A stretch of 64,000 nt of DNA. Source: Candidatus Faeciplasma gallinarum. GTDB lineage: Bacteria > Bacillota > Clostridia > Oscillospirales > Ruminococcaceae. The stretch lies in NCBI GenBank assembly GCA_018711085.1, contig DVIR01000060.1, positions 7 through 64,006 on the forward strand, written 5' to 3'. The stretch's first letter is position 1, and every line of letters begins with the position of its first letter. Positions 18,391-28,711 of the stretch are shown piece after piece. Under the pieces are notes generated by a model that saw only the letters and a program-made list of their open reading frames with translations, did no database searches and was not told the origin of the DNA. The translations under genes and the position numbers were made by a program.

Positions 18391-20391
18391 TTATAGCTTG
18401 ATTATGAAGTTGTCTATGGCGTCCTTCACCTTTTTCACGGCTTCGGAAACCGGTATGTCAAGCTGCGCGCCCGCCATTGTCTGGTGACCGCCGCCGCCTA
18501 TTGCTTCCATGATGAGCTGAACGTTGAATCCGCCGAGCGACCTCGCCGAAATATGGCATATGCCGTCCATTCTGTATATTACAAAGGACGCCTTTACTCC
18601 TATTATTCCCAAAAGCTCGTCCGCAGCCTGCGGTGCGGCAAGCCTCAGCTCAGGCGCTTCAGATTCGGTTGTAGCTATGGCGCAGGCGTGGAAAAGCGTT
18701 GCCGACTGTATGAGTATGCTCTTCTCGCGGTATGTATTCAAGGTGTCGGAGAACAGGTTCTTGACCGCAACGGTGTCCGCCCCGAGTTTTTTAAGATGTG
18801 CCGCCGCTTCAAACGTCCTTGCTCCGGAGCGCATGACAAAGTTCTTTGTATCAAGCATTATTCCGGCAAGCAGCGCCTCGGCGTCGCATATCGAAATCTT
18901 ACATTCGGAGCCGAAATACTGTATCAGCTCTGTTGCCATCTCGCTGGTAGAGGATGCAAACGGCTCGTGGAAGAACACAACCGCGTTATCTATATGGTTT
19001 ACCATCTTTCTGTGGTGGTCTATGATGACGACTGTCTTTGCAGCCTCATACAAAGCCTTTGAGTCCACAAAATCGGGGTTATGGGTATCGCATATTACAA
19101 GCAGCGACTTTTCGTTTATCTTCTCAATCGCCGTCTCGCATGACATGAAATAGCTTTCCTCGCCGTTTTGCTTGAGGTAGTCTATCAGCGTCTTTGAAAG
19201 GTTTTTCTCGGGGTCAATGACGCAGTACGCCTGCATGCCCATGCTCCTAAACGCTCCGCAAAGTCCCACGGATGAGCCGAGCGCGTCGAAGTCCGCATAC
19301 TTGTGTCCCATTATATAAATGGTCTCGCTGTTTTCCGCAAGCTCCTTGAGCGCGGTTGCGATTATTCTTGAGCGAACCTTTGTGGACTTTTCCACAGCCT
19401 TTGAAATGCCGCCGAAGAACTCAAATCCGTTAGGCGTCTTTACAGCCGCCTGGTCTCCGCCCCTTCCCAAGCACATGTCCAAAGACTGCTTAGCATATGC
19501 CTCGCTCTGTGCAAGCGTTGCGGCGCCTCTGCCGACGCCGATTGAAAGTGTGACGCTTGTGCGGTCTCCCACCTGAATGGATCTGACCTCATCAAGGATA
19601 TCAAACTTTCTCTCTATTATTCTGCTCAAGTGGCGCTCTTCGATTATGGCGTAGAAGCGGTCGTTTGAAACCTTATGAATTATGCCGTTGGTGTTCTCTA
19701 TAAAGCGCTCGAATATCTGCTCTATCTGAACCTGGACGTTTGCCTTATCGCTTTCCTTGGCGTTTTGAAGAAGGTCGTCGTAGTTATCTATCATCATTAT
19801 AAGAACCGTCTTTTTGCTCGCCTTGTACTCGTTTTCAAGCATTACGTGGTCGGTCACGTCGGAAAACTTTATGACCGACAGGCCATACGCCTCCGACTGT
19901 CTCGCCGAGACCCTGTAATACCTGTCTAAGATCTTTACTATTGCGCCGCTCTGGGCGAAAATCTTTGAAGTGTTGTTTCCGACAAGATCGGAAAGCGGCA
20001 GCGCATACGCCCTGTCCTCTCCGAAAAGCCTTTCCTCAAAGCTCTTGTTGTACCACACTATCTTTTCGTCCTCATCGGCTATAATTATCGGCTCGGGAAA
20101 GTCGTAAAACGTCTCACGGCTTATGGAAACTATGTCTTTGTCCATCTCGGTGACATACTTAGTTATGTCAGAACCGATAATCAAGGACATTATAAGCACC
20201 GCAACGGCGCTTAAAAACACTACCACTGCTACCGCAATCTCAAGCACCGTGCCCTGGAATATCAAAACTACTCCGAACACAAGCGACGACAGTATCAGCA
20301 GCCCAAGCGCCGCGATAACCGACTTAGGTAAACGCTTTTTCACCTTTATCCCTTCCTTTACGCAAAATTGTATGCCGGCATTGTATGCCAT
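18391..20391 (-). CDS. gdpP: GdpP-type DHH/DHHA1 phosphodiesterase (c-di-AMP phosphodiesterase family)
   Basis: Two N-terminal TM helices, a central PAS / degenerate GGDEF-like region, the DHH motif (IIDHHR) and the GGGGH motif. yybT-rplI-dnaB-type synteny. Confidence 0.8.
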   Translation of the reverse strand: MAYNAGIQFCVKEGIKVKKRLPKSVIAALGLLILSSLVFGVVLIFQGTVLEIAVAVVVFLSAVAVLIMSLIIGSDITKYVTEMDKDIVSISRETFYDFPEPIIIADEDEKIVWYNKSFEERLFGEDRAYALPLSDLVGNNTSKIFAQSGAIVKILDRYYRVSARQSEAYGLSVIKFSDVTDHVMLENEYKASKKTVLIMMIDNYDDLLQNAKESDKANVQVQIEQIFERFIENTNGIIHKVSNDRFYAIIEERHLSRIIERKFDILDEVRSIQVGDRTSVTLSIGVGRGAATLAQSEAYAKQSLDMCLGRGGDQAAVKTPNGFEFFGGISKAVEKSTKVRSRIIATALKELAENSETIYIMGHKYADFDALGSSVGLCGAFRSMGMQAYCVIDPEKNLSKTLIDYLKQNGEESYFMSCETAIEKINEKSLLVICDTHNPDFVDSKALYEAAKTVVIIDHHRKMVNHIDNAVVFFHEPFASSTSEMATELIQYFGSECKISICDAEALLAGIMLDTKNFVMRSGARTFEAAAHLKKLGADTVAVKNLFSDTLNTYREKSILIQSATLFHACAIATTESEAPELRLAAPQAADELLGIIGVKASFVIYRMDGICHISARSLGGFNVQLIMEAIGGGGHQTMAGAQLDIPVSEAVKKVKDAIDNFIIKL

Positions 20392-20408
20392 GCGCAGCGG
20401 TTTACGCT

Positions 20409-22451
20409 TTATATATCCAAAATCGTAGGAACAATCATAGGTCTACGCTTTGTCTTTGAGAATATGAAATCTCCAAGCTCGTCCCGAAGCTTTGCCTTGA
20501 TGGCGTTGTAGTCATGCCTTGTCAAAAGCTCGGTGTTTACCGTGCTCGCAACAAACGCCTTTGCCTTTGTGAGCAGCTCCTCGCTCTCCTTCTCGTAAAC
20601 AAAGCCTCTTGTCACTATCTCGGGACCTGACAGAAGTTTTCTCTCTATCTTGTCAATGGTAAACGAAACCACAATCACGCCGTCCTGCGCCAGATGCTTT
20701 CTCTCCTTGAGCACCGCCGCGCCGACATCTCCGACGCCGAGTCCGTCAACCAAAAGCTTTCCTGCCGGCACAGAGCCGTTGATTCTTATTCCCGCATCGC
20801 AAACCTCTATGACGTTGCCTATATCGGCTATCATGATGTTTTCGCGCGCGATTCCAAGCTCCTCCGCCGTTTCGGCATGTCTTACAAGGTGCTTATACTC
20901 GCCGTGAACGGGGATGAAATACTTCGGCCTTACAAGGCTCAGCAAGAGCTTGTGCTCCTCGCGGCATGCATGTCCTGACACATGCACATCATACATCGCC
21001 TCATACACAACCTCCGCACCGAGCTTGAGCAGTTCGTTTACAACCCTTCCGACAAACTTTTCGTTTCCCGGGATAGGTCTTGCGGAAATGATTATGAAGT
21101 CGTTTTCGGTGATGCTCACCTGTCTGTGGTCGTTAAGCGCCATTCTTGTCAGCGCGCTCATCGGCTCGCCCTGGCTTCCGGTAGTTATAATCACCAACTC
21201 ATCATCGGTGTAATTATGCATCTTGTCTATATCAATCAGCACGCCCTCCGGTATTTTAAGATATCCGAGGTCTATTCCCAAGCGCACTACATTGATCATA
21301 CTTCTGCCGAACACCGCAACCTTTCTCGAGTGTTTTGCAGCGCAGTTTATAATCTGCTGAACTCTTTGTATGTTTGAAGAGAACGTCGCAATTATAATTC
21401 TCTTGCCCTCCGCCTTTGAATAAAGCTTTTCAAAGCTCTCTCCGACGACCTTTTCACTCGGCGTAAATCCGGGACGTTCTGCGTTTGTGGAGTCGCTCAT
21501 CAAGGCGAGCACTCCCTCGTCGCCCAAGCTTGCAAACCTGGGCAGATCGATTATTCCGCCCTCTATCGGGGTGTAATCTACCTTGAAGTCGCCCATGTGA
21601 ATAACCGTTCCCGCGGGTGTGCGCAAAGCAATGGCTGCCGCATCGGGAATGGAGTGGTTCACTCTTATAAACTCTGCGCTCATGCATCCTAAGCGCACAA
21701 CGTCCGGCGTGGATATGACGTTCAGCTTCACCTTGCCTAAGTTGTGCTCCTTGAGCTTGTTTTCAACAAGACCTAAGGTGAGCCTTGTGCCGTATATCGG
21801 GACGTTTATCTTTTTGAGCAGGTAGGGGATTCCGCCTATGTGGTCCTCATGTCCGTGAGTCAAAAGAACTCCTCTTATCCTGTCCGCATTCTTCACGACA
21901 TAGGTAAAATCGGGTATTACAATGTCCACTCCGGGCATTTCCGCATCCGGAAACGTCATTCCGCAGTCGATAATAACTATGTCGTCGCCGTACTCTACAA
22001 GCGTCATGTTCTTTCCGATTTCGTTCAAGCCGCCAAGCGGTATTATCTTGAGCGGGTTCTTAAAATCGCTCGGATTTCTCTTTGCGGCATTTGCCTGCGC
22101 GCCGCCCGATTTCTTTGAGGCGGTTTTAGCGCCGGCGTCCGAATGCTGCCTTGATGACTTGATCTTGCTTGCGGCCTCGGATCTGTGCGCCGCGCTCTTT
22201 GAAGTCTTTTGCTCGGATGATTTCTTTTGATCCTTTCTTTGCTTGTCGGATTTGGACTTTTCCGACCTTGCCTGATTCAGCTTCTGACGCTGATACTGCG
22301 CCGCCTTCTTAGGAGGCTTCGGCGCCGAAATTGCAGCCGCTATCGCCGCATCAAGCGCCGACGATCCGCCCTGGCTGCCCTTTTCCTGCCGCTCGGTCTT
22401 TACCGCACGGCTCTTCTTTGACTTGCTATTTTTTTCTTCTTTATTTGCCAT
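20409..22451 (-). CDS. rnj: Ribonuclease J with a roughly 125-aa basic N-terminal extension
   Basis: Metallo-beta-lactamase HGHEDHIG motif followed by beta-CASP and C-terminal domains. ATG sits behind a GAAAGGA Shine-Dalgarno. There is no internal Met before the catalytic core. Confidence 0.9.
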   Translation of the reverse strand: MANKEEKNSKSKKSRAVKTERQEKGSQGGSSALDAAIAAAISAPKPPKKAAQYQRQKLNQARSEKSKSDKQRKDQKKSSEQKTSKSAAHRSEAASKIKSSRQHSDAGAKTASKKSGGAQANAAKRNPSDFKNPLKIIPLGGLNEIGKNMTLVEYGDDIVIIDCGMTFPDAEMPGVDIVIPDFTYVVKNADRIRGVLLTHGHEDHIGGIPYLLKKINVPIYGTRLTLGLVENKLKEHNLGKVKLNVISTPDVVRLGCMSAEFIRVNHSIPDAAAIALRTPAGTVIHMGDFKVDYTPIEGGIIDLPRFASLGDEGVLALMSDSTNAERPGFTPSEKVVGESFEKLYSKAEGKRIIIATFSSNIQRVQQIINCAAKHSRKVAVFGRSMINVVRLGIDLGYLKIPEGVLIDIDKMHNYTDDELVIITTGSQGEPMSALTRMALNDHRQVSITENDFIIISARPIPGNEKFVGRVVNELLKLGAEVVYEAMYDVHVSGHACREEHKLLLSLVRPKYFIPVHGEYKHLVRHAETAEELGIARENIMIADIGNVIEVCDAGIRINGSVPAGKLLVDGLGVGDVGAAVLKERKHLAQDGVIVVSFTIDKIERKLLSGPEIVTRGFVYEKESEELLTKAKAFVASTVNTELLTRHDYNAIKAKLRDELGDFIFSKTKRRPMIVPTILDI

Positions 22452-22665
22452 GTATATCCTTTCGTTTTCCTATTGGTAAAATATATTTATGTACGGGACT
22501 CGGCAAATGTTTTGTGCTGATCAGCATCTTTATCAGCCGCTTATCACACTGCCGCTCCCAAAAAGCTCTATTTAATTAAGCTGTCCCGCCGCGAGCCGAC
22601 GCATCCTTCGCCGGCACGCGCTGACATACTGCCCCTACTATAAATTTATAGTTATCATACTACAA

Positions 22666-24861
22666 TCACACGTTGATGTCAAGTTGAGCGCCGTCTCCGA
22701 GCCTTCTTAAAACGTCGTCGCAAAGCTCCGCAGCAGCCTCCGCGGACACCGCTTCAACGTACAAGGCAAGCGCTTTCCCGCTCTTTTTGGGCTTTATATG
22801 GCCAGTTGCGCCGCTCGTGTGCAAAATAATATCTCTGCCCATAGAGTCGTTTTGCATCCCGCAAAAATCTTCTCTGAGAATTTTCGGCAGCTCTGAGCGC
22901 GTGGTTATGGTTCTTTGCTCGTAGTACATTTCGGGCAGCTCATTTAAAGCGTCGGCAAGGCTTTTCTTATTTTCGGCGCAGTATTTTAAGCTGTTTGCAA
23001 CAAGCGCTATGGGATCCCAGCAATAATCGTCAACTGCGGCGCTGTCGTCGGGATAGATGCGGTATGCGGTTCTGCCCGCTTTTTCGGCAAGCTCATCGCA
23101 GTACGCCGGCGCCCTCGGCGTAAGGTACAAATCCTTTCCCTCGGCAAGCCGTGCCTTGCATGCCAATATGATCAGGTGGCTCCACGAAAACATTGTTTTG
23201 CTCTCCTTTAAGACAACGCTTACCTCCGGCGTTCCGGTCACCCGCACAAAGCATCCCGCGCGGTCTTTTACGCAGTCATCCCTGCCATTTGAGCCGCATA
23301 TGCACCAAAACGCCTGCTTTTCCTCCTCGCTGCCCGACTCAAAGCCGTAAGCTCCCCTAAACTCCGCCGGATACGTTCCCGCAAGCTCCTTTTTATACAG
23401 CTCGGTGATGGAGCGGACATCAGTTTCCGGCACGCTCTCAAGCCCGCTCGGCAGCTCTCCGCGGTTAAAGCACATCTCAATTTTTCTCTCTTCCGACCGT
23501 GCAAGCTCTATTCTGTCCGACCTCATTATTCTTATTGCGTCTGACACATATATGCAGTAGCGCAGCGAAAGCTTTCTTGCTGCGTACACAGTCATCGCGG
23601 CGGTTGACCTGCCGAGATTGTACACCCTTGCTCCTGCGCATCCCGCGCCGAGCGACAGTGCCTTTGCCAAATACTCCTGCTCGCCGGAATACCCGACTGC
23701 GATCTCCGCCGTCTGCGACTCAAGCGCCTTTACCACAGCCATGCCGAGCCTCATGGCATCCATGGGTGAGTTTGATATGCCGCATGCGGCTCCGTACTCC
23801 TCCATGCTCAAAAGCCGGTATCCCTGCTCATACACATCCTCCCGCACGCGAGAACCGGAGGGGATTTTTGTGTTTGGGTAAATTCTCACGCCCTCGTCTA
23901 CCGTGACTGCGGCGCCCAATATGCATCCGCTGCCCACGACGGCGTTTTTGCCTATTTTGCAGCCCCTGCCAAGCACCGCGCCGTCTGAAACTATGCAGCC
24001 GGTGAGGGTGGATCCGTCTCCGATTGCCGCGCGCCGCATCACGCAGCTTCCCTGTATCCTGCACTCTGCGCCGACGTATGAATCGGCTTCGAGCACGCTC
24101 CCGTCGCCTATCATTGCGCTTTCGTCAAAGCCTGCTCCGCTGCAAACAAGATACTTTTTGCCCGACCTTTCAAGCAGTTCCCTTTGGCATTTGATGAAGG
24201 ACGGTATATCTCCGATGTCGTGCCATATGCCGTCCTCAATGCGGCAGTATAGCCTTTTCCCGTCTTTCAAAAGCTGCGGGAATACATCCTTGGCAAAGTC
24301 CACGTTTTCGCCGACGGGTATTCTTTTCATCACGCTTTCCGAGATGATGTAAGTGCCGGTGTTTGCCGCATCGGTCAGGCATCTGTCATACCCCGGCTTT
24401 TCAATAAAGCCGGTTATTCTTCCCTCCTCGTCTGATGTGATCAGCCCGTATTCACGCGGATCCGCAACCCTGTGCGCAAGTATAGTGACATCCGCGTTAT
24501 GGCTTGAGTGAAACGCCGCCGCTTTTGAAAAGTCAAAGCTGCACACGCTGTCGCCGCTCACAACAAGCGTATCGCCGCTGCCGCTCCATGCAGCCCTGAC
24601 GCATCCCGCAGTTCCCAAGGGCGTTTTTTCCCTGACGTACTCCACATCCACGCCCTCGCATGAGCTGCCGAGGCTTGACTCAAGCAGATCTGCAAGGTAA
24701 TAATCCGCCACCGTCGCCCTGTCAAAGCCGCACTCCTTCAGCCCGTGAAGCAGTCTTTTTATAACCGGCACGCCGAGCATCCTGACAAGCGGCTTCGGCA
24801 TGTCGCATGTCAGCGGTCTGAGCCTCCTGCCCTCTCCGCCTGCCAAAATAACAACCTGCAT
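22666..24861 (-). CDS. Sugar-1-phosphate nucleotidyltransferase + left-handed beta-helix + phosphohexomutase-like fusion protein
   Basis: N-terminal ILAGGEGRRLRPLT signature. Hexapeptide-repeat middle section. The C-terminal half aligns by eye to PGM/PMM domain I-IV order but lacks the TASHNP loop. Start moved to the ATG at 24861 (GAAAGGA Shine-Dalgarno). Confidence 0.7.
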   Translation of the reverse strand: MQVVILAGGEGRRLRPLTCDMPKPLVRMLGVPVIKRLLHGLKECGFDRATVADYYLADLLESSLGSSCEGVDVEYVREKTPLGTAGCVRAAWSGSGDTLVVSGDSVCSFDFSKAAAFHSSHNADVTILAHRVADPREYGLITSDEEGRITGFIEKPGYDRCLTDAANTGTYIISESVMKRIPVGENVDFAKDVFPQLLKDGKRLYCRIEDGIWHDIGDIPSFIKCQRELLERSGKKYLVCSGAGFDESAMIGDGSVLEADSYVGAECRIQGSCVMRRAAIGDGSTLTGCIVSDGAVLGRGCKIGKNAVVGSGCILGAAVTVDEGVRIYPNTKIPSGSRVREDVYEQGYRLLSMEEYGAACGISNSPMDAMRLGMAVVKALESQTAEIAVGYSGEQEYLAKALSLGAGCAGARVYNLGRSTAAMTVYAARKLSLRYCIYVSDAIRIMRSDRIELARSEERKIEMCFNRGELPSGLESVPETDVRSITELYKKELAGTYPAEFRGAYGFESGSEEEKQAFWCICGSNGRDDCVKDRAGCFVRVTGTPEVSVVLKESKTMFSWSHLIILACKARLAEGKDLYLTPRAPAYCDELAEKAGRTAYRIYPDDSAAVDDYCWDPIALVANSLKYCAENKKSLADALNELPEMYYEQRTITTRSELPKILREDFCGMQNDSMGRDIILHTSGATGHIKPKKSGKALALYVEAVSAEAAAELCDDVLRRLGDGAQLDINV

Positions 24862-25025
24862 ATTATCCGTCCTTTCAAAGGCGCGCAATGTGCTCAAGCT
24901 TACAAGCATGCGCAATGCGCGTATGGTCTTATGTCGGTATACTAAACAATAAACCGTGATTTATGCAAAAAACGTAAAAAATCGTCCCGCAATTTTCGGC
25001 GGTAGGGCGTAAGCTGACGAAGGCG

Positions 25026-25062
25026 TAAAAAAGCGGGCATCCGGCAGCTGCCGAAAACCCGC
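25026..25062 (-). terminator. Intrinsic terminator after the ANT(6)-like gene
   Basis: Minus-strand hairpin GCGGGTTTTCGG...CCGGATGCCCGC followed by TTTTTTAC. Confidence 0.7.
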
Positions 25063-25107
25063 AAATTTCATATATTCAATTGGCATTCGCTCATGCGCGA
25101 GCGTGCA

Positions 25108-25959
25108 TCACAGGGAGTAGACCCCGTTTTTGACGTTCATCATGTAAATTCTCGAGCCATCCTCCTCCGACTGGTTGTATTTAAGCCCAAGCTCTGACGC
25201 TACAAGCTTTGCCACGTCGGAAAACAACTTGCACGTACTGATCACCGACGTCCATATTCTCATCGGGTCGGAAAGGCAGTATGCGCGAAGGTACTTTGAG
25301 TATATGCTGTCCGGAAGATACTTTTTAAAGTACTTTCCGTACTTTCCCGAGCTGACGGAAAAGTCAGTTATCGAGCCTATGTACCACGAAAGCATCTTGT
25401 CGAGCATGGGGCGGACGTTTATATCATACATGTTCTTTACGTATGGTATCTGCTCTCTTGCAAGTCCCTTTGCCACGTTGTTTAAGCACCACCAAAACTC
25501 ATTGCAGCATGCGGCAAACTCCTTTTGGTCGGGTGCGCTGACGTTATAGCACCACTGATTGAATCTCACGCCGTCAAACAGTCCGCACTTGTCCAAAAGT
25601 ACGATTTTAGGTTCTGAACCGTCCTGCGGCGTTCTCTGCGGCAGTTTCAGAATGCTCAGGTCTATTCTCACACCGTCCTCGAATATGGCAAGGTATGCAA
25701 ACCTGTCGCCATCCTTGATTCCGTCCACAACCTCCGGAAGCTGATACAGTATGGTCTTGCCAAACGAGTCCTCAAACCATTTCATGTTATCCCAAAACGG
25801 TTTTATATCCTCCACGTAGTACTCCGCATCGTAATCCTGATAAATATCCTTAGGGCAGTTTTCATCAGCCCTTGAGCCGCACAGCGCTACGGCTTTGATT
25901 CTGCTGTCGTCTTTTGCAATCGACTTTATAAGTTCGAGTACCTCATATTCCGTTCTCAT
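25108..25959 (-). CDS. Aminoglycoside 6-nucleotidyltransferase family protein (AadK/ANT(6)-like)
   Basis: 283 aa. Collinear by eye with my recollection of B. subtilis AadK (GSR...QDYD N-terminal nucleotidyltransferase region, CCNEFWW, KGLAREQ). Start set at MRTEYEV. Confidence 0.75.
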   Translation of the reverse strand: MRTEYEVLELIKSIAKDDSRIKAVALCGSRADENCPKDIYQDYDAEYYVEDIKPFWDNMKWFEDSFGKTILYQLPEVVDGIKDGDRFAYLAIFEDGVRIDLSILKLPQRTPQDGSEPKIVLLDKCGLFDGVRFNQWCYNVSAPDQKEFAACCNEFWWCLNNVAKGLAREQIPYVKNMYDINVRPMLDKMLSWYIGSITDFSVSSGKYGKYFKKYLPDSIYSKYLRAYCLSDPMRIWTSVISTCKLFSDVAKLVASELGLKYNQSEEDGSRIYMMNVKNGVYSL

Positions 25960-26110
25960 AGCTACCTCCGCGCCGCGCATGCGGCATATATAGTTTATAT
26001 AATATATGATAACACATCTGCCGCGAAATTGCTACATCCTGCGCAAAAAATACAGCCCGACAGATGCCGAGCTGTATTTTCGCGGTTATATTAAGTTTTA
26101 TATCCGTCTT

Positions 26111-28252
26111 TTAGTCCTTCTTGTCCGCCTTCTTAGCAGCCATATCAATAAGCGCATCTTTGCGGCTGAGGTTTATTCTTCCCTGGTCATCAATTTCGAT
26201 AACCTTTACAAGTATCTCGTCGCCTATTGAAACGACATCCTCAACCTTGTTTACTCTTTGCATATCGAGCTTGGATATGTGCACAAGTCCGTCCTTGCCG
26301 GGAGCTATCTCAACAAATGCGCCGAAGTTCATTATTCTGACTACCTTGCCCTTGTAGATAGAGCCTATCTCGGGGTCAAATGCGATAGTCTTGATTATGG
26401 ATATGGCGTTCTGAGCCTTCTCAAGGTCAAGACCGGATACAAACACATTTCCATCGTCGTTGATGTCTATCTTTACATCGCAATCGGCGGAGATCTTCTG
26501 AATAACCTTTCCTCCCGATCCGATTACCTCTCTTATCTTATCTACAGGCACCTTGGTGGTGAGCATCTTGGGAGCCCACTTGGATACTGTCGGACGAGGC
26601 GCGTCTATAGCCTTAGCCATGATCTCGTCAAGTATATAATCTCTTGCCTTGTGGGTCTTTGCAAACGCCTCTTCGATGATATCGTATGTGAGTCCGTCAA
26701 CCTTTATATCAACCTGAATAGCGGTGATTCCCTTGTGAGTTCCGCCGACCTTGAAGTCCATATCGCCGAAGAAGTCCTCAAGTCCCTGAATGTCAACCAT
26801 TGTCGCGAAGGATCCGTCATCTCTTGTGATAAGGCCGCAGGAAATACCCGCAACCGGAGCCTTTATCGGCACGCCTGCGTCCATGAGCGCAAGTGTAGAG
26901 CCGCATATTGAACCCTGAGAAGTAGAGCCGTTTGAAGAAAGAACCTCCGACACAACTCTTATTGCATACGGGAACTCCTCCACAGAGGGAAGAACAGGTA
27001 TGAGCGCCTTTTCAGCAAGAGCGCCGTGGCCTATCTCACGTCTGCCGGGTCCGCGTGAAGGCTTGGTCTCTCCGACGGAGTAAGACGGGAAGTTGTAGTG
27101 GTGGATGTATCTCTTCTCCACTTCTTCATCAAGCCCGTCAAGCTTCTGAGAATCACTTACAGGTCCCAACGTAGCTATTGAAAGAACCTGAGTCTGACCT
27201 CTTGTGAACAAACCTGAGCCGTGAACTCTGGGGAGCACGCCTACCTCGGCGGCAAGAGGACGAATCTGATCGAGGCTTCTGCCATCGACACGCTTGCCCT
27301 CATACAGCCAGTTTCTAACTATCTTCTTCTGGAGCTTGTATATGCACTCGTCTATCATTGCGATCTGCTCGGGATACTGCTCGTCAAACTTTGCATGAAC
27401 AGCGTCTACAATAGGAGCAAGTCTTGCCTCTCTTACGTTCTTGTCGTCGGTATCGAGTGCAACCTTTACATCCTCTTCAGCCATCTGAGCTATCGCATCA
27501 AAGAGGTCATGGTCAACCTCCATAGACTCAAATTCAAACTTGGGCTTGCCTATTTCAGCCTTTATCGAGCTTATGAACTCAACCATCTTCTGGATTTCCT
27601 TGTGACCTGTCTTGATCGCCTCAAGCATGGTCTCATCGTCGATTTCATCCGCGCCCGCCTCTATCATGACTATCTTTTCCATAGTTCCTGCGACAGTCAG
27701 GTTGAGGTGGTTTATTGCTCTTTGCTCTAAGGTGGGGTTCAAAACTATCTCGCCGTTTACAAGTCCGACGCTGACGCCCGCTACAGGTCCTCCCCACGGG
27801 ATATCTGAGATCGATATTGCTATCGATGTTGCGATAAGTCCGGTGATTTCGGGAGAGCAGTCGGGGTCGACAGACATAACGGTCATTACTACGCTCACGT
27901 CGTTTCTCATGTCCTTAGGGAACAAGGGGCGAATAGGTCTGTCAACCATACGTGATGTGAGTATCGCCTTATCGCTGGGCTTGCCCTCGCGCTTTGTGAA
28001 TGAGCCGGGAATCCTGCCCACAGAGTAAAGCTTTTCCTCATAGTCTACGGACAGCGGGAAGAAGTCTACTCCCTCACGGGGCTTAGCAGACGCAGTTACG
28101 TTTGCCATTACGACCGTGTCTCCGTAGTGAACCCAGCAGGAGCCGTTGGACAGCTCGCAGGTCTTGCCCGTCTCCACAACGAGGGGGCGGCCGGCAAAGG
28201 TGGTCTCAAATTTTCTGTACTTATCGAATTTTTTGATTTCTGACATTGCCAT
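26111..28252 (-). CDS. pnp: Polyribonucleotide nucleotidyltransferase (PNPase)
   Basis: Two RNase PH domains, then KH and S1 domains (GKVVRIMNFGAFVEI). Start set at the ATG at 28252, 9 nt after GGAGGA. Confidence 0.95.
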   Translation of the reverse strand: MAMSEIKKFDKYRKFETTFAGRPLVVETGKTCELSNGSCWVHYGDTVVMANVTASAKPREGVDFFPLSVDYEEKLYSVGRIPGSFTKREGKPSDKAILTSRMVDRPIRPLFPKDMRNDVSVVMTVMSVDPDCSPEITGLIATSIAISISDIPWGGPVAGVSVGLVNGEIVLNPTLEQRAINHLNLTVAGTMEKIVMIEAGADEIDDETMLEAIKTGHKEIQKMVEFISSIKAEIGKPKFEFESMEVDHDLFDAIAQMAEEDVKVALDTDDKNVREARLAPIVDAVHAKFDEQYPEQIAMIDECIYKLQKKIVRNWLYEGKRVDGRSLDQIRPLAAEVGVLPRVHGSGLFTRGQTQVLSIATLGPVSDSQKLDGLDEEVEKRYIHHYNFPSYSVGETKPSRGPGRREIGHGALAEKALIPVLPSVEEFPYAIRVVSEVLSSNGSTSQGSICGSTLALMDAGVPIKAPVAGISCGLITRDDGSFATMVDIQGLEDFFGDMDFKVGGTHKGITAIQVDIKVDGLTYDIIEEAFAKTHKARDYILDEIMAKAIDAPRPTVSKWAPKMLTTKVPVDKIREVIGSGGKVIQKISADCDVKIDINDDGNVFVSGLDLEKAQNAISIIKTIAFDPEIGSIYKGKVVRIMNFGAFVEIAPGKDGLVHISKLDMQRVNKVEDVVSIGDEILVKVIEIDDQGRINLSRKDALIDMAAKKADKKD

Positions 28253-28387
28253 GTGAAAAAATCCTCCGTTCAAAAATATAAATTTATTTTGTATTTTCAA
28301 GCGGAAGTTTTAGCAATAAACTAAGCCATCTGCGCGTCCGTCATAAGGCGTGAGATAGTTTAACTTATTACTAAAAAACTGCGCCTG

Positions 28388-28432
28388 AAAATACATCAAA
28401 AGGCAGTAGCGTCAAAACTGCTCCTGCCTTTG
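28388..28432 (-). terminator. rpsO terminator / pnp leader hairpin
   Basis: Minus-strand stem GGCAG-AGC/GCT-CTGCC followed by TTTTGATGTATTTT, located between rpsO and pnp. Confidence 0.65.
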
Positions 28433-28444
28433 AGTACAAAGTTA

Positions 28445-28711
28445 TTACTTTCTTAAGCCGAGCTTTTCAACGATTGCACGGTAGCGGTTGATGTCGTTCT
28501 TCTGAAGGTAGTTCAAAAGGTTACGTCTGCGTCCAACCATCTTCAAAAGTCCTCTTCTGGAATGGTGGTCATTCTTGTGGGACTTCAAATGCTCGGTGAG
28601 GTCGGAAATTCTCTTTGTCAAGATAGCAATCTGAACCTCAGGTGAGCCGGTGTCGTTCTCGGTAAGCTTATTGGCTTCGATTATAGCCTTCTTTTCTTCT
28701 TTGAGCAGCAT
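28445..28711 (-). CDS. rpsO: 30S ribosomal protein S15
   Basis: 88 aa with the [29 protein letters not shown] region typical of S15. Confidence 0.95.
   Translation of the reverse strand: MLLKEEKKAIIEANKLTENDTGSPEVQIAILTKRISDLTEHLKSHKNDHHSRRGLLKMVGRRRNLLNYLQKNDINRYRAIVEKLGLRK

Noticed and set aside
24862-24915. Upstream start codons listed in the track for the nucleotidyltransferase here, and likewise for pnp, glgP, CPA2, GH36, murI, fprA, folD and the ANT(6)-like gene.
   Set aside because: In each case a downstream ATG has a properly spaced Shine-Dalgarno and restores the conserved family N-terminus. Several track starts are GTG/TTG codons lying inside the Shine-Dalgarno itself.
25108-25959. 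The ANT(6)-like gene as a horizontally acquired, mobile resistance cassette.
   Set aside because: There are no integrase, transposase, IS ends or direct repeats nearby. Composition matches the flanks by eye, and it is embedded between core genes. It is treated as intrinsic, and reported as a finding only for its substrate question.
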